DNA of 63,845 nucleotides, filler included, from Collodictyon triciliatum (lineage: Eukaryota), in NCBI GenBank assembly GCA_043381765.1. It is 7 parts of 7 records of this genome, joined end to end, with 100 filler letters (N's around TTAATTAATTAA, not from the genome) between each part and the next. Parts side by side here need not be neighbours in the genome. Positions count along the whole stretch, not along the records: positions 27,041 to 40,425 come from JBHJMP010001994.1; positions 40,526 to 53,902 come from JBHJMP010001995.1; 5 more parts are not named here. The stretch is one strand, 5' to 3'. The notes under the pieces are model-generated. The model was not told the origin of the DNA and ran no database searches. It saw nothing but the letters and a program-made list of their open reading frames with translations. Made by a program: the position numbers and the translations under genes. This document shows positions 33,862 through 48,000 of this stretch, piece by piece (position 1 is the stretch's first letter; each line of letters starts with the position of its first letter).

Positions 33862-34445
33862 CGGATTATGTCAGCATCCCCTGCAGCCTAGGGTGAGCTG
33901 AGCGGAAATGCTCACTCTTCTATTCTCTTTTCCTGCAAAGATTGCTCGATTGACCCGCACCAACACTTCCATTTGTCTCAAGTCCTCTCATGCATTCGCA
34001 GACATCGGCTGTGTGACAATTGGGCACATCGTTGTGGTACTCGAAAAAAAAAACAATATCAATCCCTCTGTCTTCTTTCGACAATCATTGGCATCAATAA
34101 AACACGACTTAATCCATGAAGGATGACACAACTGTGAGGTTGGCAAGTGTTGTGCTTTGTGACACGCCACAGATAAAAAGTATGCCTGACTCGCCGTTGA
34201 CAAAGACAGGCCAGCGGGGCGTTGTGGGTGTGTGAGTCATCCTTGTGTTGGCCATTTTTATTCAAGGCAGCCTTTGATGCATAGATTGATTCTTCTTCGC
34301 GTCCCAAAATTAGTTCTGTGTTTGTTGCCCACTGGAACCACAGCACCATTTGCCTATATGTCCGAAAAATTACCTGCTTTTCATGGTTAGGGTTACATAG
34401 TAACCAAAGCAATCAATATGAAAGGAGACGAATCGAAAGAAAGGG

Positions 34446-35077
34446 ATGAATGAAGCCATTTGTCCTTCGGCACCAAAAGAGACGTCAAGTGAATTAAACG
34501 AATGCAACCGCCGAAGACCTCATACATCAGATGTAGAAGCCGCTTTGAAAACAAGTTAAACTCTCGTTTCATATGTGTAATAAATAGTCACACAAATATA
34601 CGAAGTTTTATGGCAGATACAAACACGTGTAGTTGAGAAGATTCGAGCGAAGTTGGACTCTATTGCTCCATCTGGTATCTCCACTAATTATAATATGTAT
34701 TTATGCGTAAATGCGTGAGAATAACAAACGATTTGGTGACCAGCTCTTTTTGTGTTATTCTAACGGTGAATATCTGATCCATATGAAGACCCCAGAAGCT
34801 CCCGATATCTATATAGCGCCGCACGAAGGCCGCAGGTAATAACTTCCCCTAGACGATTTGAGTGCGAGAAATGAAGAGAGTGGGGACTTAAGAATTTTTC
34901 ACATAAAATAAAGGAGTCGACTTTGCAGCAGCACGACCGCCTTCTCTCTGATATCAGCGAACATTTGAATAAGGCTTCGAACCTAGAGAAGCAAGTTAAT
35001 ACCTTATTTTCTATTTCAAAAATGTCTGCGATGTATCATTACGAATCCCAAAATTATTTCTCTTACTCTTTCTCTCT

Positions 35078-35117
<40 letters not shown>

Positions 35118-35653
35118 TTTTTTTTTTTTTGATACAATTCAAATAGATTTTAGTTGGTAATGAAAAGATTACCGGGCTGTGTAATCTTTTGCATTTGCCA
35201 GAGACCAGGTATTCGTTTCATTATTGCAAAACTGTATCAGATAAAGTCTGTCGATTTTTTTTTTTATTGATATATCTCCCTTCGAGTAAACAAAGACGAC
35301 CTACTTACACCCCAATATATCTTTGCCTTTCTGGTCATTTTTTTCTTTCTCATAAAAAAGGCATGCCTATGCTCCTATCAAGTATATTTTAACTCAGTCG
35401 CGGCCGAATATTTACCTATTATTCATTGAAACATCAATATTAATCTGACCAGCTCTCTCACAACGGGCCTCCAACTCCTTGTGCTTGCCAACCCGGGCTG
35501 ATACGGAAGCCCTTCGTCTGCTCCATCCATCGAGTTTCTGGATTGTGTCATGAAGACACGCCAGCGACTGATACCATATTTAGACCATCTTCAAGGAAGC
35601 CTCCAGCACCGAAAGCGGCAGCAAAAGTCCTAATGCCAAAATCTCAGCCCTAA
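34446..35653 (+). CDS. Possible small multi-exon hypothetical gene
   Basis: GC-richer blocks flanked by AG/GT give helical-looking peptides (DVEAALKT, IEKIRAKLDSI, LQQHDRLLSDISEHLNKASNLEKQ). Phases could not be fully reconciled. Confidence 0.3.
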
Positions 35654-36751
35654 GCACTCAGCCTTTATCCGGATTTAGTATCAAAGCGAAGCCCAAGAAA
35701 ACGGATCAGATTAATCCACAACCAATAACATCACCCAATCAGCCACACACCCCGGCCTTTCCTCCTCAAGCTTCTTCCCTTTCCTTCCGTGTCCTCGATC
35801 GTCGCCCTTTCCTTCTTCCTGGTGATATATTCCCAAAGAAAAAACGGAGGGCCCTGTCTTCAAATTCCACACAGAGTATAAAGTATTAACAATCTTTCGT
35901 ATACTTTTATTCTCCCACTCTTCTTTTCCACCCACCCATCCTCTCGGCCTGATCACCCAACGCGGCTACTTTCACAACCTCAGAGAGGCTCAGAAAATAA
36001 GAATGAGGTATTTTCCTGGCTGAGACAAAGTCGTCTTTGAAATCGTGTGGAGCAGACCGGCAGAAGAGGCAGGCAGACAGCGTTGGGTGGGCTTCAACCT
36101 CGAAAGTCTGAGCAGATTCCACACGGTGCGGAGCTGATCGCCTTCAAACGAAACATTCTTCAAGCAAAGTATTACCAAAGACACGATCCTCTTGAAGGAG
36201 AGAGAGAGAGAGACACCAAACACCAAGAGCAAAGGACATCAAGTATTGCAGCCAAAATGAACCCGGATCAGCAGCAAGTTAACAAAACCTCATAAGATCT
36301 ATCTTGAGGAAAGACTCTGCAACTTAACAGGCCAGTCTGATTTGTCCTCCTCACAACAAACCTCGCGATCGCTTCACTTGCCCACCACCCAAGAAAAAAA
36401 AAGCTCCCAAAACGACCCACTCTGTCTGCTCCTCTCTGCCCGGCTGCTCCTCTCGCAAACCTCTCCAAACTGCCTCACAAGCAGAGCCGGCTATTATTTC
36501 CCCCCAAATCCCCCCATCCTGACGCACATATCTACCCTCTTCGTCCTTATCACACTTCTCTATCATATAAGCTTTTCGAATTACATTCCCGTGTATTGTA
36601 TGCATCTGGCTATCAAACACACACGAAAGCATCCCACGGCCCATGGTAACCATACACACAGATACACTTCTGACTCTGACGCGCATTTTTCTCTCCCACC
36701 ATTTTTCTCCTTTTCCTCCCCTTCCTTTATATATTCACAGGCGCTCAAACG

Positions 36752-39700
36752 ATGCACCCCGGCGGTTTCCACCCGCATCCCAATCGCCCGCACTCGCATG
36801 GAAACATGCATCAACACGGACAGCGCTTGCACGGAAACCCGGCGCACAACGCACCCTTTCATTCACGCTCTCCAGGAAATCCGGGCATAGCCCATGAAGG
36901 AAACATGTCGCCCCAGTCCGGCCGACCATTCCACCCGCATTCGCCGCGTTCACGTCCACAAATGCCTCCAAATAACCGCAGCCCAATCTTTACATCTCCG
37001 CCACCCGCGCAGCAGATGTCGGGTCCCCGGCCACAATTTGGGGGACGCCCACCGCTTGACGCACCCAATGACGTATGTTGACTCATTTGTCTAGATTTCA
37101 TGCGCACTATATATGTATGCATGATTAGGGTTTAATGATGTCATGTGTCTATGTCCTTGTCGGGTACAGTATAGATTTGCTTACTTCCTACTCTTCTCAT
37201 CCATATATGCAGCAAATGTCACGCCGCCCTCATCGCCGCTTCCCACCAAACCAAACCCCCGATTTCCCTCCACCAGACGAGCGCCCTTCCATGCCAATCC
37301 TCCCAAAGCAGCCGATTTTTCCGGCCCCGCCTGTCTTCCCTACCCAACAGCGTGAAACGATTCCATATGCCCAGCATCATGCACAACAATACTCACAGCA
37401 ACAACATCAGCAACATCAGCAACATCAACAACACCAACAGCATCAGCAACAGCATCAGCACCAACAGCATCAGCAACAGCATCAACAGCATCAACATCAT
37501 CATCAACATCATCATCAGCAACATCAACAACAACATCAACAACATCAGCAACATCAGCAACATCAGCATCAGCTTCAGCACCAGCACCAGCAACATACAC
37601 ATCAGATGCATCATCACCCTAGTGGACCCATACTAGGTGGCCCTCCAGAACCGATGCAAATGCCTGTCGGGCAAACACCTCTGCTCGATGTCGGCCCACC
37701 AGGTCCGCTTATTCGTGCAGGCCCAGCATCAAACAATCCTATATTACCGTCACAGCCATTCCTAATTCCGCCTCCCATGCCTGGTCCCTTGCCACAAATG
37801 CAAGCGTCGGTGTCACAACAGCATTTTATGAACCAGCAATATAGGCAAGAGACTTCGGTGGATATGTATTCACAACAGCCAAACACAGATCAACAAGCAT
37901 TCCCACAACAACTAAATATGCCGCAGCAACAGCAGCAAAAGCAAAAGCAAGAACAGCAAAAGCAACAGCAAGCTGAGACACCAGCAGTGATAGCTATTAG
38001 AATCCCTAATTCTGTCTGGATTGAACAGACAACACCTGACGGATTGAAGTGTTACTATAATACAACGGACGGTACCTTTTCGTGGGACAAACCAGACGAG
38101 ATTAAATCTCCGGAAGAGGTTCGACTTCCCCTTTCATTTGTTGTAACAAAAATAAAAATAAAAAACGACTCGTCTATTCTCTCTTTAGACTTGTGATCAA
38201 GTATGACATGCGATAATCGTGTCTTTGTTTTGATTTATTGACACTGACGAGTTAGTATTTTAATTTTTTTTTTATTGCGTCAATTATTGATACTTATTCA
38301 TAAGGAGCTACTCTAAAATTACTGTATTCTGTAGAAAATGCTTCCAAAGTGTGTCTGGAAAGAATTTCTGGCTGAGGGAGGGAAAAAGTACTACTATAAC
38401 TCTGATACTCAGGAGTCGGTCTGGGATATGCCTGATGAATATAAACGTTTGAATTATTTTGTTGCTTTCATTGAACTTTATGACTTTGATGCCTATTTGA
38501 AGTCAAATACAGCCACAATAATGAACAAAACTTTTTTTTTCGGTTTCCTTCCACTTTATTTAGCATGATTGGTAATAAACAAACCTTTTATTCAGATATT
38601 ATGATTATGATAATTTTTTATAATATATCTTTCAAACATAGAACATTTATTCCTGGCTAGTCAGATTTCATCAAAGTATGTGCTTAATCGATAAGGATTC
38701 TTGAGTCTTGAATACCAATATTATCCATACTGGATTCATCATCTACTCAACCACCACTGAAATGACAGGAAGGGCAACTTATGATGTTTTATATCCTCCA
38801 TTACGGCTGATAGATCGGTCACCTCTTCTGCCCCGAAGTCGGCGTCATCCTCGATAGTATCTTCGATTAAAAGCCAACCTGCCGAAGTTCTCAGCGAGAA
38901 GAAAGGTTTTCCTTCTGCCTTGCTCTTGATACCAATTATATTTAATAATATATGTTTGATATCAGCTTTCATTTTAATAAGCCCTTTAACTGTGACTATG
39001 TGTGATTGGCATTTTTCATTACTTTGTAGCTTTTCTGATAATGTTGCATTAGTAATAAGAATAGTAATTAATATTCAATAATGTTATTAGACCAACCCAA
39101 GAAGTCTATTCGTATCGCTCAAAAGATCAAAGAGGTCAAGGTCTATGAAACAAAAGAAGAAAAGATAGAAGCGTTCAAGCAGTTACTGGTCGATAAGGTT
39201 TAAATTGCTCAATTCTTTGATAAATACTCCCAGAGGAATTTGCTATGTATTCATATATTCCTATATTTCTCACGCATGACCATAAGTGGTTGTTTATACT
39301 TATGTACCTTAAATAAATATAATTTCATTCGTGCTGAACCTCCTTCCTTTATTTCTTCGTACAGGATATTAAAGCGGACTCTACGTGGGATACATCATTG
39401 AAACTAATCATGAATGATGAAAGGTACCAGTAAAAAAAAAAAAAAAAACATTTTTTATAAAGGTTAAATCTGCCAATCTGAAAGCTCCTATTATCTTTGG
39501 AAGCCATAAAAAACGAAAAACTTCTATGAACAAAGTCTAGTAATTTTTTTACACCTTGATTCACTTTGAGATGTATAGGTACGAAATTCTAAAAATTAGC
39601 GAAAAGAAACACATCTTCAACGAGTATATCACCCAACTGAACAAAGAGGAAAAGGTATTCTTTAAAATCTTGAATGCTTGTATAGAAATTTGAGTATTTT

Positions 39701-40320
39701 GGATCATGTGCTTTTGTAAGCTTCTAATTCCATCCAAATTAAGGAAGAGAAGCGAATCAAGGAGAGAAAGTTTCGTGAAAGTTTCATGTTCATGCTTCAA
39801 GAACGCACAGATATCGATCACGATATGCCAGTCAGGTAAACAATTTTTTCTATCCATGAATTTTTGAATTTTATGTTCACTGTATTTTGTACCCCATGAC
39901 TCACGTTATTGATCTCTGGCACAGGAAAGTCATATCCATAGTCGAGAGCGACCGACGTTTCAATGCTGTGGCGACGGAGAAAGATAGAGTGGGTGTTTAT
40001 TAATATGAATTTTAAACTTCTGATTCAATTCTATTCCCTCCACTAAACAGTAATTTTGGTGAAAAATCACTCCTTTTTAGGAAGAACTTATCCGTGACCA
40101 TCTTGCGGAACTAGAGCGTCTAGAAAAGGTTTCTTCAACATCCTTATAAACTCCAAGTTTTAGTGCAATGAGGAAAGTTCACGCTATTTGCAAACCTCTT
40201 AACTGATTTGCACTTACTCTGCAGGAACGCGCAAAAAAGAAGAAAGATGAGGCAAAATATGAATTCCGGAAACTTTTGGAACGAACATCATCGATTACGT
40301 CAAAGACGTCGTGGAAGAAA
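36752..40320 (+). CDS. PRPF40: Pre-mRNA processing factor 40 (two WW domains + FF domains), 3' truncated
   Basis: Pro/Gln/His-rich N-terminus; WW motifs [26 protein letters not shown] and [40 protein letters not shown] and successive FF repeats. Confidence 0.92.
37381..37615 (+). repeat. Coding CAG/CAA/CAT repeat (poly-Q/H tract) in PRP40
   Basis: Directly visible within the open exon frame. Confidence 0.9.
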
Positions 40321-40425
40321 GTGTGTTTGTTTATTAGAATAGAATAAAAAAAAAAAAAAAAAGGGGGGGGGGCTTTTTTCTTTGGATTAATTTTTTTTTT
40401 TCAAAAACACGTCGACACAAAAAAA

Positions 40426-40525
40426 NNNNNNNNNNNNNNNNNNNNNNNNNNNNNNNNNNNNNNNNNNNNTTAATTAATTAANNNNNNNNNNNNNNNNNNN
40501 NNNNNNNNNNNNNNNNNNNNNNNNN
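40426..40525. other. Artificial contig linker
   Basis: N44-TTAATTAATTAA-N44. Confidence 0.97.
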
Positions 40526-40622
40526 TTTTTATTTTATCTTTTTTATTTTATCTTTTTTATTTTATCTTTTTTATTTTATCTTTTTTATTTTATCTTTTTT
40601 ATTTTATCTTTTTTATTTTATC
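40526..40622 (+). repeat. (TTTTTTATTTTATC)n at contig start
   Basis: Directly visible. Confidence 0.9.
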
Positions 40623-40683
40623 TTGTATCTTGTATTTTTTATTTTATTGATTTATTGCTGAAAGAGTGAATTAAATCCGCTAG

Positions 40684-40987
40684 AGCGGAGACGACAGAGC
40701 TGAGCCGAGGTATTAAAAAATGCCTGCAAAAGAAACCCGCCCCTGAAGATCGCACCCGACACGAGAAGCTGGGCTCTCAGTTCAACGTTGTCCTCCGAGA
40801 CTTTGAGGCGGTTTCTTCGGATTCATTGGTGAAGGAGAAAGAGTTATTCCACGACCAAGGTATCGTTTGTTTATGAGCACTCAATTGCCAACATTTCAAC
40901 AATACACTATTCCATCTTAATCACCATTTGATTTATTTGATGTTATCTATGTGCATAATCTTTCTCTTTATCTTTGGTGCAATCTTC

Positions 40988-41063
<76 letters not shown>

Positions 41064-41642
41064 GAAAAGACTATATTGTGCAAACCCCCAACATTCTCGT
41101 ATTTAGAGACGGGACGAAGCCACACAGATGACTCTGGAGCGCAGCTCCTTGTGCAAGCGAAAGGCTCCACACAAATCACGGCTGACGATGTCTTATTGAA
41201 GCAGGAGCAAGAGCGAGAGATTCAGCGCCTTGAATCAGACTTAGTGGCGCTTCACGAGTGCTTCTTGGATATGAAGGCATTGGTTGATGTGCAGCAGGAG
41301 TCCATTGATGTCATCGAGGGCAACATAGCGCAGGTGGTCGTCTCGACCCAGGAGGCCAACAAAGAGCTGACCAAGGTTGCCCTCCCAGCTTTGCTTTACA
41401 CCACTTTTTTTTTTTTATTTTTTTTTTTTTTTTTTTACCTTTATTCGATTCAAAGAGCTTTGAATTATGTCATAAAATATTCACCCTGCAACGCTTTTTA
41501 AACCCCACCATAACGGATGATAACTTTACCACAGGCCAGCGACTACCAGAAGAGCAGCAGGAAAAAGATGTGTTGCCTGATGATCGCGATTTTAATTATA
41601 GGCGCCATCATCCTGGTTGTCTTTCTCACAAAAAAGAAATAA
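40684..41642 (+). CDS. Qa-SNARE syntaxin, STX7/STX12(Pep12)-like, 5' partial
   Basis: Habc helix HEKLGSQFNVVLRDFE; SNARE motif EREREIQRLESDLVALHECFLDMKALVDVQQESIDVIEGNI; ASDYQKSSRKKMCC followed by a TM helix and stop at 41640-41642. Confidence 0.9.
40988..41064 (+). repeat. (TTG)n microsatellite in a syntaxin intron
   Basis: Directly visible. Confidence 0.95.
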
Positions 41643-42016
41643 GCAGCCTTTTGCCCTCCCCTCCTTAACAACTTTTTCTTTTTCCTTTTTTCTCCTCTTT
41701 TCTATTTTTTCCTCATTCTTATTCGCTCACCACGCATCTGAGGTTAAAGTGATGATTCTACTTACATCACTGCCATCGTCATAAACTCAAACACCAGACC
41801 CTTCTTTTTTTTTCTTTTTTTCTTTTTTTTTATGGGTGTTGCCTTACTTGATTTGTGAATCCGTTGAAGAGATATATATGCCAAAGTAAAGCAACAGACC
41901 GACTCCACAAAAACCAATCGAATCAATCCGAAACACTCGGCCGACAGAACACATCAACTTTCGCCTGCTCACTTGTCCGCAACCTTTTTTCACTAAGCTC
42001 AGCGATTGTTGGCAGA

Positions 42017-45000
42017 ATGGAAGGTGATCAATGCATTCTGCTTCGACACATTGTCAGTGCCGCCAGAGAAGCTCAACCGGATCACAGCGAGACCGGGCTC
42101 TGGACGCTCACCTGGGCTCTGCAGGATCTGAATGGAACCAAGACAAGAAACCAGTGCAATGACTCTATCCAAGAGCAAAGCTTCGAATGGACAGTCACAT
42201 GTGTGAACGAGGCTACTCGATCAATGCTTGACCCTTCACATCTGCTTATTGAAATCCCTCTTCCTCCAATGCTGCACAACTCATTCGAGTCAGTCGCCCA
42301 CTGGCTCGAGAAGATCGCCTCGAACTCCATCCTCCTCATTACTGCAAGAAGGCTCTCTACTGAAGAAGCTAGCAAACCAGAATGTGTCCAGCCACCTACC
42401 CACGGATATCATCTAATGAAGCGTGAATATGGTCGTTTGTGTCGAAGGGAGTACATACAAGGATTGCGTGGTGGCGGTGCCGTCTGCTCAAGTCCAAAGA
42501 AAGCTCTCATCCATACGCCAGAGGCCATCCCATTATCACGACCTGCTTCTCTATACACAGAACCGCAATCACAAGCTGCAGAATCGAAGCAATTCCATAC
42601 TTCACTCTTATCTGAGCATGACAACTCTGGGAGCAATCACGCCGACGTGCAACAAAGCAAAAGTGTCCGGGTCGAGAAAGAAGTGGAGAGCACCGTGCCC
42701 AAGCGAGATAAAATGATCCCAAAGACCATTGAACGAAAAGAAAAAGACACTGGTCCAGCTACAGAGGACTTTGAAGTTGCAAAAGATTCGGAGCCATCTT
42801 TTGTGCAGTCAGATATGGAGAAGCCGCCTGTTCCTGATCCTGGAGTTCCTACAGTGGCTTTATCGTCCACCCAAAAAATGCAACAGACACCAGGGAAAAT
42901 TGACCGACTCTTTCATGAAAACCCTCCGTTTGCAGTTCCCACCCCAACGCAGGTTGACCAGTCTTGTCGTGATCTCAGTATTCGCATACTTCGGTCCCAC
43001 CTATCCCAAAACACACTGCCTTTACTGTCCCATGTAAATCAGGACGTCGATGCGAAGGACACCTCCTTCTCTACAACATCGTCAAACTCTTTGTTGTACA
43101 AACCCTTAGAGGATGCAGGAATAGTGCAAGCTACAAACATTCCTTTGGATGAATCTAATCGCCATAAAAGTTTCATTTCGAGTGCTGCACATACCCAAAC
43201 TAGCAGTATATCCGCTATTGTTCAAGCTAAGCGTGTATTTGATGCTTTCTTGAGTCGAAATCCTAAAACAAAGGATGATTACGATGAAGTCAGCACTTTG
43301 GCAATAGCCAACCACTCTGAAATTACTCGTGCATTGCTTCGCTGGATGCTAACAACTCCGGACACCAGTTTCGGTATCGTCCCCATGGAAGGAACAAACG
43401 AGCTCACAAGGACATTTAAAGGAATGGACTCTAGAATCGATATAGAAATGAATGCAGATGACGATTACGATGTTAATATTGAAATGGCATGGAAGATTAA
43501 AGCTGTGGGCTACATTATGTGGCATTGTGCCCCAGAGTTTATCGACGAAAAATTTTGGATTGCAGCATACCAACTTCTGCAAAAATATGTCCACCTATTG
43601 TACAGAAAGCTAGTCACACCAGAAGACCGTTCACTGTTTGTCCAGGGCACATCCCGTGTTCTAATGGCTCTATATTCCTCATCTTCCCTTCCTGGTGTGT
43701 GGCAAAATCGGAGCGGACAAGAGTCAGTCAGTCCGAACTCAGAACATTTGACCCAATTACTGGATGTGCTTTCCAAGGACCGTACTCAACCAGAGGTTTA
43801 CGCTTGGGCATCTGTGGCGAGAGATACTCTAATGCGCATTATAGCAGAACTTCATCAACCCCGACATGCCGGCCCAATTTCGATTCAAGTTGGACAGTTC
43901 AGCTCAACAACATTGAATGAGCGCGATTCATCAAGTATGCACGCAAAGTCAAAGACAGAAAGCAACGCTGACGTAAACCCAGACATTGGAGTGGGTGCAG
44001 CCATGGGTGTTGGCAGCATTCATAGGCCCATTGCGTGTGTTAGTGCAGTGAATATGGATTCAACAGCCCATCTCGTCCCTCACGTGGGCCTCGCTTTAGC
44101 AGGGAGAATGCCTACCTTTAGTACCATCAAAACATCCCAATCCAATAGCAATCCCAACCAAGTGTCAATCGAGGGTGCAAATAAATCATTTCGAATGACT
44201 CTCAGTTCCATACTTCAGTCAGTATTGCCCTTATCGTTGGGCCTTACACCTTTGGAAATGCCTCCTCCTTCAGGAACTGGTATGAATATTTTAAACGCAT
44301 ACAATCAGTACTCCGAAAGAGCTCGGTACATAAGCGATGCGAGCTCTTCAAACGTACCTTCTAGTAACTTCCCCAGTGTTGCTGCTCAACCCAAGATGGC
44401 ACAAATAAATGAAAATGGCTCTCAAAGGACACCAATCTACTGGCTAGACCAAATACTGATGGTGTATGTTCTCATACAATGCAATCTTTTTAGGGAGTTG
44501 GAGGAATTTCTTGAGCGAGAGGACACAAATAGAATGTCACAACCCTTTGCCTGTCATATTGTATTGGCCTTATGCGAGGTTGCTGTTCATCACGATGACC
44601 CTCTCACAAGAATTTCATGCATTCGCATGATTGGGGAAATGTATATGGACCCAAATGATATATGGAACACCCAAATATTATTCAAAGAGCTTATATTCAC
44701 CAGACTTATTCGACTGTCTCGCTCGAATGACCCCATAGTACACTTCAATGCGAGAACCCAACTTCACACAATCCATGCACGAATGGCATCTCACGCTCGA
44801 ACTCGCGATTTGTTCGACAAGCATCTCGATGGAAGGCTTGATGAGTTCCTTCCCCTAACAGCATTAACCCACCATGTCTCCCCAAATTCAGATTCATCTG
44901 ATCCAATCAACCCGTCACAAGGCCTATCCCTGACAGGTCCTTATAAACTGTACAATCCGGCTCGTGCAGACGGATTCTTTCCGACATCTCTATTCCGAAT

Positions 45001-48000
45001 GGCCTTATCATCCAATTCTTCAATTCCTGATATTCTGCAGCTTATACAAACCAGTGTGCTACATTCACCTCAGCTAAGAGATCGCCTTCAATCCTTTATA
45101 TCTCCACTTTGTCTAGTCCAACCAGGTGTTTCGTCCCAATCTGGATCTCCCTCGGGGTTTTCTTCAGATCCTCATACATACATAGATGCGACTACGTTTG
45201 TTCAAAATTTCCTACAGAACCAAAATCATAGGACGTTGGTTGTATTTGGGCAGCCGGGTGTTGGGAAATCGTCCTTTCTTTTACATATTCTCAGGCAGTT
45301 ATGGGCAGGCTGGAATGATGAAAATCCAATTCCAATTTATATTCCTCTCCAGACATTGTCTCGTCCAGATACTCATGCTATTGAGGAGGCTCTTACAAGC
45401 GTTTTCAAAAATGGAATTCCTCCACTACAACAGCACATATTTCCTTTTCTTAATCCCCATGTATACGGTCAATCATCACAATCCCAAAACGCCACCAATC
45501 AAGAATATTCGCTTGCCTTCTCAGACGAACAAGCCGAAAGAATGCGCCGAGAAAGGAATTTTGTTTTTCTTTTCGATGGTTATGACGAAATATGTGGAAA
45601 CATTTCTACTGTTCACTCAGCTATGTCAAATATCATGCATTCTATTAACACAGCAGTTACAAATCCAGCCCGCAAGGCCAGTATAAAAAATATCAATCTA
45701 TATGTTTCCAACAGGATGCAACTATGGAAAGCAAAGTGTATTTTCACATGCTCAACGATATCACCCGTACCTAATGTTTCTCTACTTAAATTGTTTGCAC
45801 CTTATTCCAATGGATCGCCATCATTTCATAGTATTCAATCGATTCATTTGATGCATTTTGAGGACAAACAGGTGACCAAGTACCTGTCTGATTATAGTCA
45901 AATAAATCCTCGCGATGAATATGAATCTCCCGATGTTTATTGGAAATATTTGAACAAAATTCCACTCATGAAAAAATACAGTAGATTCCCATTCGACTTG
46001 TTTGTTTTTACATCATCGTTGCCACATGTTCTGCTCAAATCGAGAATCTTACAAGACAACCCGTATCCTAACTTGTGTAGGTCAGATTTCTACGATTCAT
46101 TTACACAAAGCTGGTACGAGGACTATGAAGAAAAAATAATGCAAAATCCTAACTCGAATTATCCAACCAATCTTATGAATCGTTTGGATCAATACCATAA
46201 ATTATTGGCTACTATGTGCTATCTCAAGGGTACCAATACCATATCGATTGACTCTAGTATAATTGGGTTACAAAAGAAAAAAATAGACCTTCAGAGAACC
46301 ACAAAGAAGAGAACCTCCAATATCGGTAACTCGATGAATCCACCCATTGGTGCTTCTCCAGCTATGCTGCAGATGTTATATCATGCCCCTACAGGCAATT
46401 CTTTTTCCATCAAAAAGGGAAACATGTATTCTCCAAGTTTGAATATGGAGGAGTCTCTCAACACAAAAGCAAATAGCCTGGAGGACTTTGATTCATTCTT
46501 TTCAGAGGTCGAGCCTATTCGCACTTTATCACAAGGGGCAATGGTGCGCCGGATAGGCCAATGTCATTATGAATTCATTCACCTTTCTATACGGGACTAT
46601 TTTTTTGCAAAAAATATTTATGATTCTATCATGGGAAAGTCAGGATCTGCTCTAGACTTGTTCATGTCCGATCAAAATATTGCTACCTTTGACGCTGAAA
46701 TGATGTCCCAATTAGAAAAGCAAACTGTCCACGCAAGAGAATACCTGGCGTCATCCCTATCTAAAACAATCATCGCATTCCTGGCAGACCGCGCAAAGAA
46801 TGATTCATTATTCTGTGAAAAGTTGTATGAATATATAGATAGGAGTAGAAAGCTTGTAGAATTATCTGCCTTGGCTTCAAACTGTATCACAATATTGAAT
46901 TTTGCTGAGGTTTCGTTTTCTTCAAAGAATTTGCGTGGTATTTCCATCCCATACGCAGATTTGAGCGGTGCAATTTTAGATAATATTGACTTCAGCGAGG
47001 CAGACCTTAGGGGAGTCCAAATGACTGATAGCTTCGTTAGGGATTGCAACTTTACTAATTCGCTGATGGATAAGATAGAGTTTGGGAAGTACCCACTCTT
47101 CCCTCATGATGAGGAAATTAAGTGTATGGGATACTGGCATAACAACGGCTTGTCCTACTTGGTTTCCTCCAGTGGAGACAACTTATTCATCTGGGACTTG
47201 CACTTATTTCAATTGTACCAGATTATACCAGTTCAGCTTGAGAAGGTTTCTTGCATGGACATTCTAAGTCCTGTCAATGAATCAGGTGCAGATCGCAACA
47301 TTCCACTGTGTATTATAGGTACTGCTTATGGTATCATATCGATTTGGAATCTTTTGAACGGCGATCTCGTGAGAGAGTGGAATGGCCATAATAGCAAGAT
47401 AACAACTATCAGGTTTATAGAGCCTTCCAATCCATCCAGTTACTTTGTCACTGCTGACGAAAATGGATGTATTATTATGTGGGATAAATCAAGAGGAGCT
47501 CAAATTTGGAAAATTGAGCATGCGCATACAAAAAGAATTACGGATATGGACATACATGTGCCGCATTCAGGTCTTCCTTTACTTGTTAGTACTGGGTTGG
47601 ATTTATGTATATGCTTCTGGGATATTGCACGCGGGTCGCTCTATAAAAGCATTCGGGGAATGGCATCTAGTCCTTTGTCGATTATGTGCATTCCCCAGGC
47701 AGAGAAAGAACCTTGGTTAGTTGTTGGATGCAGAGACGGAAAAATAAGGGTCTATGACTGGGTTACAGGTTTGATGCTGGGTGACTGGGAGAGTGGATCC
47801 AGTCATGTTATTCGATTGTGCTGGTGGAAAGACCCATTTAGTGATGATGTCCTCGTAGGAAGTAGCCAATTAGACTATGGCATTCACATTTGGAATTGGA
47901 AAGCAAAGTCACTAATCAGAGCATATGAAGGCCACCAAAATGTTGTGACTGGTTTAGTGCCGATAATACCTCAGAAAGGAAACCCTATACTAGCTTCTTG

